From Azolla caroliniana (Eukaryota; Plantae; Polypodiophyta), in contig JBHGNT010000006.1 of NCBI GenBank assembly GCA_043228905.1, forward strand, positions 12,028,001 to 12,092,000: a stretch of 64,000 bases of DNA. Reading direction: 5' to 3'. The notes beneath the pieces are model-generated. The model was not told where the DNA came from and did no database searches. It saw nothing but the letters and a program-made list of their open reading frames with translations. Both the position numbers and the translations under genes were made by a program. Within the stretch, counting starts at the first letter, position 1. Each line of letters begins with the position of its first letter. Below are positions 62,746-64,000 of this stretch, in pieces.

Positions 62746-64000
62746 TTGGACAAAGTCGGATCAGGCCGGAAAGACGTAGACAGGCGTCACCGATCACACT
62801 ATGCTGGAAGCTCGGAGAGAACCGAGTTGGGACAGGCCCTCGTAATGAAGCATAAGGCCAATTGGATGGGAGTATCCAACTCGAAGTCAAAAGAATATTG
62901 GTACGTGGACTCTGGAGCTTCAAATCACATGACAAACCACAAAGAGTGGTTCTCCTTTTCTAAGAAGCCGGGGGTAGTCAAAACTGGAGACGACATCCCA
63001 CATCCCATCGAGCACATCAGAGATATCCCTCTGAGCCATGTCGACCGGAAAAGGGTCATGAGGAATGTCCTGCATGTCCCGATGATCACCAAGAACTTGG
63101 TGTTGGTTGGCCAGATCGTAGATCAAGGAATGCAGGTCCAATTTACTCACCACGGTTGCTTCATCGAGGAGGAAGGCTGGATCATTGCACAAGGGCACCG
63201 GGATGGAAGAATGCGCATCCTCAAAACCAATGATGTAGGCATTGATATGTTTGCAAAAGGGCATAAGGTCGAGTCAGACATCGACCTCTGGCATAAGCAG
63301 ATCGGCCACATCAATTTCTAGAAGCTTCAGGAGATGCAATCAGAACAAGTGGTTTCCGGACTTCCGAAGTTCAGTGGCCGGAAAGGCCAAGTATGTGAAG
63401 CTTGCCCATTCGGGAAGCAGCATAGGCTTCCATTCCCAAATGAGAAGAATCGGAGCTGGAATCGGCTCGATCTCATCCATTCAGATGTGTGGGGATTGGC
63501 TCAAAATGTGAGCATCGACGGGAGTTGATATTTCGTCTCCTTCATCGACGATTTCAGCCGGCACACCTGGATCTACTTAATCGAGAAAAAGAGAGAAGTC
63601 TTCTCGTGCTTCCGAGACTTAAAGAATCATGTAGAACGAGAAACCTGAAGGAAGATCAAGTGTTTGAGATCGGATAGTGGAAAAGAGTACTTTTCTAGCC
63701 AGTTCACGAGTTATCTATAGACGAAGGGAATCCGACGAGAGTTCTCCTGTAGATACACGCCAGAGCAGAATGGCGTGGCCGAACATTGGAATTGGACGCT
63801 GGTAGAAGCGGCAAGGGTGATGCTAGAAGAGAAATGCATGCCCCAGATTTATTGAACCAAAGCAATTCTGATTGCCATCTACATACAAAATCGGACATCT
63901 ACCTCAAGGACAAAGTGTGTCGCCGCACGAGCTGTATTTTGAGTGGAAGCCCAATTTGGCGCACCTTCGGGTATTCAGCAACATTGCCTGTGTGCATGTG
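62746..64000 (+). mobile_element. Copia pol fragment (protease, pre-integrase zinc finger, integrase core); runs off the window
   Basis: WYVDSGASNHMT, LWHKQIGH, CEACPFGKQHR, LIHSDVWG, FIDDFSRHTW, YTPEQNGVAE. Confidence 0.92.

Overview
Eukaryotic nuclear DNA from a land plant, most likely a fern or other non-seed plant (inferred from PPR style, DUF4100-like Gypsy gag and repeat landscape; not proven). It holds two intact-looking host genes: an intronless methionine gamma-lyase (6407-7921, +) and a three-exon CCT-domain CIA2-like regulator (26623-28616, +). There is also a decayed PLS-class PPR gene (~30640-31780, -). The rest is mostly transposons. An L1-type LINE sits at the left edge. A hAT MITE with an 8-bp TSD is split by a full-length Gypsy. 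From ~33 kb to 64 kb lies a dense retrotransposon block, including a four-level nest (Copia LTR > chromovirus > non-chromovirus Gypsy with an extra ORF > tRNA-Trp-primed Gypsy). Most interesting signals: (1) a conserved -1 frameshift cassette (slippery heptamer, 6-nt spacer, covarying stem, possible pseudoknot) placed AFTER the protease in two related Gypsy elements with tRNA-Trp PBS and 4-bp CG-centred TSDs; (2) a Gypsy with a sense-strand tRNA-3'-end mimic / triple anti-PBS motif where its polypurine tract should be; (3) a 119-bp foldback insertion with TGT...ACA ends and a 5-bp TSD. No searches or folding programs were run; family names come from motif recognition only.
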